A stretch of DNA of 64,000 nucleotides from Eledone cirrhosa (taxonomy: Eukaryota): assembly GCA_964016885.1 (NCBI GenBank), contig OZ024740.1, positions 241,800,001 through 241,864,000 of the forward strand. The letters run 5' to 3'. Positions 56,353 through 64,000 of the stretch are shown piece by piece (positions within the stretch are counted from its first letter, which is position 1; each line of letters begins with the position of its first letter). Made by a program: the position numbers and the translations under genes. Under the pieces are notes generated by a model. The model had not been told where the DNA came from, did not search any database, and saw nothing but the letters and a program-made list of their open reading frames with translations.

Positions 56353-56563
56353 ATATATAAACAACTATCTGGTTGTGGAACCAACCAACCAACCAGAAAT
56401 TTATAAATTTATAAATTTATTATAAATTTATTATAATAAATTGAAGTGAAAGCAACTGGTGCGTGTGTTTCTTATTGGCAACATGACCCTCCCAAAGTAT
56501 AACAATATCGGTTTCAACACACGATTTCAGATAAAGAATCTTGCTAAACAAATTCAGAAACGA

Positions 56564-56596
<33 letters not shown>

Positions 56597-56639
56597 TTTC
56601 ATTTATATATATATATATATACAGTATATATATATATAC

Positions 56640-56695
<56 letters not shown>

Positions 56696-57712
56696 CATGT
56701 TATATTGTTTGCCATACTTTGGAATAGCTCATATCAAAGCAAACACTTCAGAGGAAGAAAAATATTCCAGTTCTTCCATGCATTTATCTTTTCAATTTTA
56801 TGTTTTCTATTTCAATCTTTATCTACCAAGCTAATATCACTTTAACCTGGTTTTTCTTCCTAAAACCCATGAAAACCTATCGGTTCATATTTTTCCTCTC
56901 AATTATAGACTTTCACATATTCAAGCTAAACATTAATCATGTTAATTTCTGCCAGATGGGTTTATATTTCACTTTGGGAGGGCCATGAAAGGTTAAACCA
57001 CCCCATCCACCATAGATCAAATTATAAAAATGCTAAACGTTCAATCAAAAATCTTTCACCACGGTTGTACTTCGGTACAATTTCCTTTCCGGTTCATCTT
57101 TTTTCTATTTCTCCTGTCCCCTATTTGCTTATTCTATTCTTCCTTTTTTTCGCTTTTTCTTGCTATTTTCACTTATTTTATTCGACTTCCTTCTGTGTTC
57201 TAAGTCTACTTTTACTTCCCTTCCTTTTATTAGCTGTCTCTCCTTCCCATTTTCTATTTCAACCCCCTTAATTCTCAACTTCTCTGCTGTAAACTAACTT
57301 AACCAGTGAGTAAGCCTAACATGTAGCGGGGCAACATATATTTGCGTAGAAATTTTCTTTCACTCTTCTTACAATGTTTACTTTGTTTAGTCGCTATGAA
57401 GTCGTTCAACAGTAAAGGAATTAATGAGGATGTCTGCAGACGAACTCAAATCTAAGAAGAAATGTTTTCAATAGATAATAAGAACAGTAAAACATTGTCA
57501 CTAAGATTAAAAAGAACGTATTTTTCTCCATCTAAAATGTAGTGGGCTGTAAATGTATGTCTTAAAATTATATAGGCAAAGAGTTTAAGCAAAAATTACT
57601 TTTGATTATATCATAGTCATAATCAATCCGGTATAACATCTTAAATAAAGTCAAATATATGATTTTAACAAAAGATACAATAGTAGGACAACAGTGACAA
57701 AAATTAAATACG

Positions 57713-58565
<853 letters not shown>

Positions 58566-59925
58566 ATTACAGATATTGGGAATCTCAAAATGCGATGGTG
58601 GTGGTTCAATTATATTTGTCAACATTACATATAAAGCAACCGAGTTAATTCGTGCAGGCTAATATTCTGATGTTTTAAACGCTTAAGAAGAACACAAAAT
58701 ATGCTCCTAAGAAAATGTTTCGTTTATCAAAAGGGTTATATCTAATCTGTTATCTATTAAAATTATTATTCATCTAAAGTAAAATCATATAGACCACCAT
58801 TGGCTAAGGGTGAGCAGAAAACAGTAGATGATAGATTGCCTATTTATTTCACAATCGTAGTAACATAGAGCTTGTGGAAAAGAGAGATAACAAAAAGTGG
58901 CTAAGTAAACAGAGAGACTCATAAAATTAACATTATATGATAAGAATTTCACCACAATGAAGATGGCATGGTTTTTGCAGATACAATAACAATGTAGAAA
59001 TAACATTTCTTTTGCAGCGAGACATACTGAAAGAGAGTCGAAATCATTCATTATGAATTTTTCTTCCCTAGCCACTAGATAAACTATATCGCGAAGAAAG
59101 CTTATTCCGAAGATTAGATACCGGTGTATTACTCATACTTACATTTATACAAACACCAAAACAACGAATATTAATTCACGGTGGATTTGTTGTTTGAATG
59201 TAAAATCATATAACTAGCATAATTACTGTATATAAGAATAACTCGAAATGAAAGTCTTTCTCTACTGTTTTTAAGAACTCACTAATAACCTAATGCTTCA
59301 ATAATCACGAGGAATATCAGTCCGTTAAGAAACTAGTTTCGTAGTTTATTTCGTTTTCAGAAAATCTTCCGATAGGATAAATGTTGATTAGTTATTTGTT
59401 CTTCTAAAGTTTCTTCTGTAGATTTAAGTTGGTTTAGCACATTAACTCCAAGCAAAATTATATTATTAGAATATTAGTTATTTTTTTGTTTCTTTTATAC
59501 GGTTCTGAGAAAAAGCATTCATCAATTTTTGTTCTCCCTATAACAATTTTCTGTCATAGATAGAATGTATTTTAACTCTGTACTACAAATATTCATATTG
59601 GGATAAAATTTATTTAGATTACTGAGTAAAAGGCCATTTTATTTTCTATTCAAGAGAGAAGAGTATAACCAATTGTATTCATATCAATATATTTCTGTTG
59701 CTTGATTTATCGAGAGAAGAAAAATAAAGGGAACTGTGGTAGGCTCTAACCTTTTCGTCGCCATATTTCTAAAGAAAATGTAACTATGGTTTTCAAAAGT
59801 ATTTGAAAATAATCCAGAATTTGAACGAATTTAGTAAAATAACGTTTTCGTTATATCTGGGAATAAAAGAAATAAGCTTTTTGCACAACACTATTATGCC
59901 TATGGAAGCATCTTAGCAACCATTA

Positions 59926-60026
<101 letters not shown>

Positions 60027-60121
60027 ATATTTGTATGTATATGTATATGCATATACATATAAATGTATATGTCTCTCTCTATATATATAGATGTGTGAGG
60101 TGGGGATAGCTATGTACGTAT

Positions 60122-60175
<54 letters not shown>

Positions 60176-61289
60176 GTGTGTGTTTATCTATTGTATGCAA
60201 GATAGCAGTTATTTCAATCGGCTTTCTGCATGAAGGGTTGACTAGTGGCTCTTAATTATTTGCTGCTAACCATCTAAAGCACGTGAAAGAAAGACTACAT
60301 TAAGGAACTAACTCATTTATTAAACATTTTAATTTACTTCAATAAATTACAAATACCAATAAATTACAAATACCCAACTAAATTGACAGAGGGGTACATT
60401 ATCCATTCGATCATAATGTTACTGCACGTAGAAATTTATTTCTTGTAATATATTTAGTGGGTTGTTAGCCAGGTACCGTCCATACTTCTCTAACCAAAAA
60501 TTTTAAATTAGCTCTGAGAACCAAAAGAAAATTGCCATTGCCGTTATATTTCCGCAAAACATCGTCAAGTGCTCTATTGCTGCTGCAACCATATATCTTA
60601 TCCTCTGGGGTAAAGTGTTCTGCATTCTGTTCACTGGTATCACAAGAGAGTGTCTTTCCACACCATTCATATCCATATCATTGGGACAGCGGTGATTGAG
60701 TAATCTTTCTTATATTTTTATGAGAGTAAACAATAAAATAATTCTTTGACGTTGTTACCATTTATTTCTATTGCCATTACCACTACTATTACTTTCAACT
60801 ATTAAGTAAGAAAAGGAAAGCAACAGCGAAAGATTCGAGCTGTTGACAATTAGGTAGACTGTCTGTTGTCCTGTCAACGTGACCAGGTATAGCCCTCACA
60901 ATCTAGCCGAGGACGTTTTTTAGATGTTTGATTAATTTCATAATTATAAAATGAAGCATTTATCGAGGGAAGTGAAGAATGGTGCTATGGAACAAAATCG
61001 CCATTTTCTTTACGACATTCGATTACAATCGCAATCTTTGTGATTTATTATTTCCTTAGAGATCGTTATACTGTTAAATTTGTTATTAATATTTTGTTGT
61101 TGTTTTTATTTGTTTCAGACATTAGACGACGCCCATGCTCATGCACTGCTTTGAGGGATTTTAGACTATCATAACAACTTCAATATTTATTTCAGTCTAG
61201 TGTTCATTTTGTCGATTTATTACGTTGTCATTTTTGAAACAAGACGAGTCTTGTTTTATCCAGCGGTTTGTGCCAAACGCATAAGCTCA

Positions 61290-61483
<194 letters not shown>

Positions 61484-62827
61484 GAATATTTTTAGTATTT
61501 AAATGGAATTAATCTTTCGAAAGTTAATCTGTTGATTAAATTTTAAAAGAAATACATTTTATGTTATTTTTGGAAATACAGTTAATTTACCAGCATACAT
61601 TTATCTGTTTTAGGTTACATTTAGTGAGTAATGATGTTTGCTTTCATTTAAAATATAATTGTAATTAATGCCTGATTAGATTTCATTTTAATTGAATTCA
61701 TATAATTAAGAAACGTAAGTCTGTTATTTAAGAAGCATTGCTTTTGAAATAAATTACCCTGGATTACCATTCCATAAATCGATGATGGTGGTGGGCCCCA
61801 TTTAGCTTTTGGATAAGAACATATAAAGAGAGAGAGAGAGTAATATATAGTAAATTTTGCGTTGTATTATATTTTGATTGTTAAATTAATGACTTAAAAA
61901 AGAATGATATCGAAATTTGTACAAAGAAGAAACATGATCTGTATTGTTATTTTCATTAAGGCTTCTATAAATACGAAAGTGTGCGCAAGCATATATGTGA
62001 GTCGGAATGTTTTCTATACAAAAGCACTTCTCGAAGATTTGGCTATCCAATGCCTTTTGATATATTGAATATTTCGTTGGATATAAAGCTTCAAGAAGGT
62101 AGTCACTAGTTGACTGCAATAAAGAATTTGATACGCGTACACATTTCATTGTCATTTTTTTTCATTCGTTCTCTCATATGATCTTCAGTAAAATTTGTGC
62201 TGCATGATCCGCGTGTAAAGAAATACAAATTCTCAGATAAAAAGGTAGGCAAAAAATATGAAAATATAAATACAGGTATATATAAAAAAAAAAAACACTG
62301 ACAACTGCACACAAATCGAACACACACAACACCGACACTCACACACACACGCACACACACCCACACCCACACTCACACACACACACACACACACACACGA
62401 AACACGAAGACACGAAGACACACATTACAACTTCAATGAAATAGAATCATATATTAATAATATGGTTAAAATGATAGCCAATGAAAGCAATGCTTCTGCA
62501 TGGGCTTGGTCACATAATAGTTATATACATGTTTTCATCAGTTTACTAGTACAGACGCATAATATAATGAAAACGTCGTTATAGACTTACATGGATTGAA
62601 TACATAATAAAATATGCATGTTTAAACTCATCATGTTTTTGGCAAGTAAATATAATCAATATATATAGTAAAAGCAAACTCGAGGTGAACATACAAAAAT
62701 GATTTGTGGCATGCTTCCGTAAGTGAAAAATGAGAAAATTGCAGCACATGCCATCATAACAAAAAGTGAAAATGGATCTAAATACCCGGATGTGGCGAAC
62801 TAGCTAAAACAATTTGTTTTTATTTGT

Positions 62828-63123
<296 letters not shown>

Positions 63124-63439
63124 TATATATATATATGTATAGGGATACATTAATTCTCTTACATTTTAATAACATATAGCCTTATCTTATCCAAGTATTT
63201 AGTTACAATTTACGGCAATGTATTTCGAATGGATCTTGTCTAAGCGACAAATTACTGGAAGCAATTGACATGTTTTGGTCTCATTAGATCTCCTCAGCGA
63301 AACAGAGGTATTAGCAAGAACGGTTAGAATATGGATGGTGAGATAGAACATATAAAGCATAAAATAATATGTATATATATATATATTATATAAGGTGTTC
63401 GCTGTAACAAAGTTGTATACATATAAGTATATATATGTT

Positions 63440-63765
63440 GTATATATAGCGATATAGCGTATGTTTTAAATAAACATTTGAAAGCCTTTAGCTATGAATG
63501 CTGGAAACTGATGACCTAGAGCAATCTATCGGATTTCAGCAGAAGTAAGGGTGGGTAACTATGTTTTTCCCCTATATAGAATTCAGAGTTCAGGGACCAC
63601 TGTCTTGATAACAACCAGAGTCAGAAACAATGATCGTCGCCAGTTACCCAACCTTGATTCTGCTGGAATCTGCTAGATGTCTCTAGGTCATCAGTTTCCA
63701 AAGTTCATAGCTGAAGGCTTTCAAATGTTTATTTAAAACATAACATATATCGCTAAATATAAAAA
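63440..63765. mobile_element. Older fold-back element with possible decayed HHR (63599-63644)
   Basis: About 120-bp diverged inverted arms; actgtc-TTGATAA-caaccagagtca-GAAA-caatgatcg-TC-gccagt. Confidence 0.55.
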
Positions 63766-64000
63766 AATACACACACACACACACGCACACGCACACGCAC
63801 ACACGTGTGTGTGTGTATATATGTGTGTGTATGCGCACGTGTGTGCGTATGTGTGTCATTAGTGGATTATTGTTAGTAAGCAATATTTCGGTTCGTGAGC
63901 TTCTAGAATTGATTACAAATTCTGTACATTTGTATTTGTGGAAATATACAAGTGGGATACAATTAAGGCATACATTTCTAAAATAATAGTTTGTTTGAGA

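Larger units (their letters stand above)
53118..56562 (+). mobile_element. Near-complete Neptune-like Penelope-like element in (TA)n
   Basis: PTDKSG, LYGLRKDHK, PTRPVC, GSMDVVSLYPSI, YSRYVDD, LPVLD, Cys-rich linker and C-terminal GIY-YIG; 3' HHR. Confidence 0.93.

Noticed and set aside
63500-63540. GAAACTGATGACC as an HHR
   Set aside because: Apparent pairing comes only from the inverted repeat; topology is wrong.

Overview
AT-rich, microsatellite-dense eukaryotic DNA. The SINE families and repeat content resemble a coleoid cephalopod (octopus-like) genome; this is an inference. One host gene is supported: a minus-strand, three-exon, probably secreted protein with two VWA domains (about 27009 to 19561). 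The rest is mostly transposon debris: a full-length decayed RTE LINE with TSDs, fragments of R4, CRE and RTE retrotransposons, pogo/Tc2-like and piggyBac remnants, tRNA-derived SINEs, a near-complete Neptune-like Penelope-like element (PLE) with a truncated sister copy, and a decayed Naiad-like PLE. The most striking unexplained signal is a dense population of short fold-back elements (roughly 15 loci, many unrelated families) sitting in (TA)n tracts. Many carry complete, decayed or half type-I hammerhead ribozymes (HHR) and have the same inverted-3'-end architecture as the PLE copies. Several are cut or folded back inside ribozyme stem II. The inverted arm of the Naiad-like PLE has TGA at two conserved Cys positions, a possible selenocysteine signature. 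All structures were read by eye; no searches or folding programs were run, and repeat boundaries are approximate.
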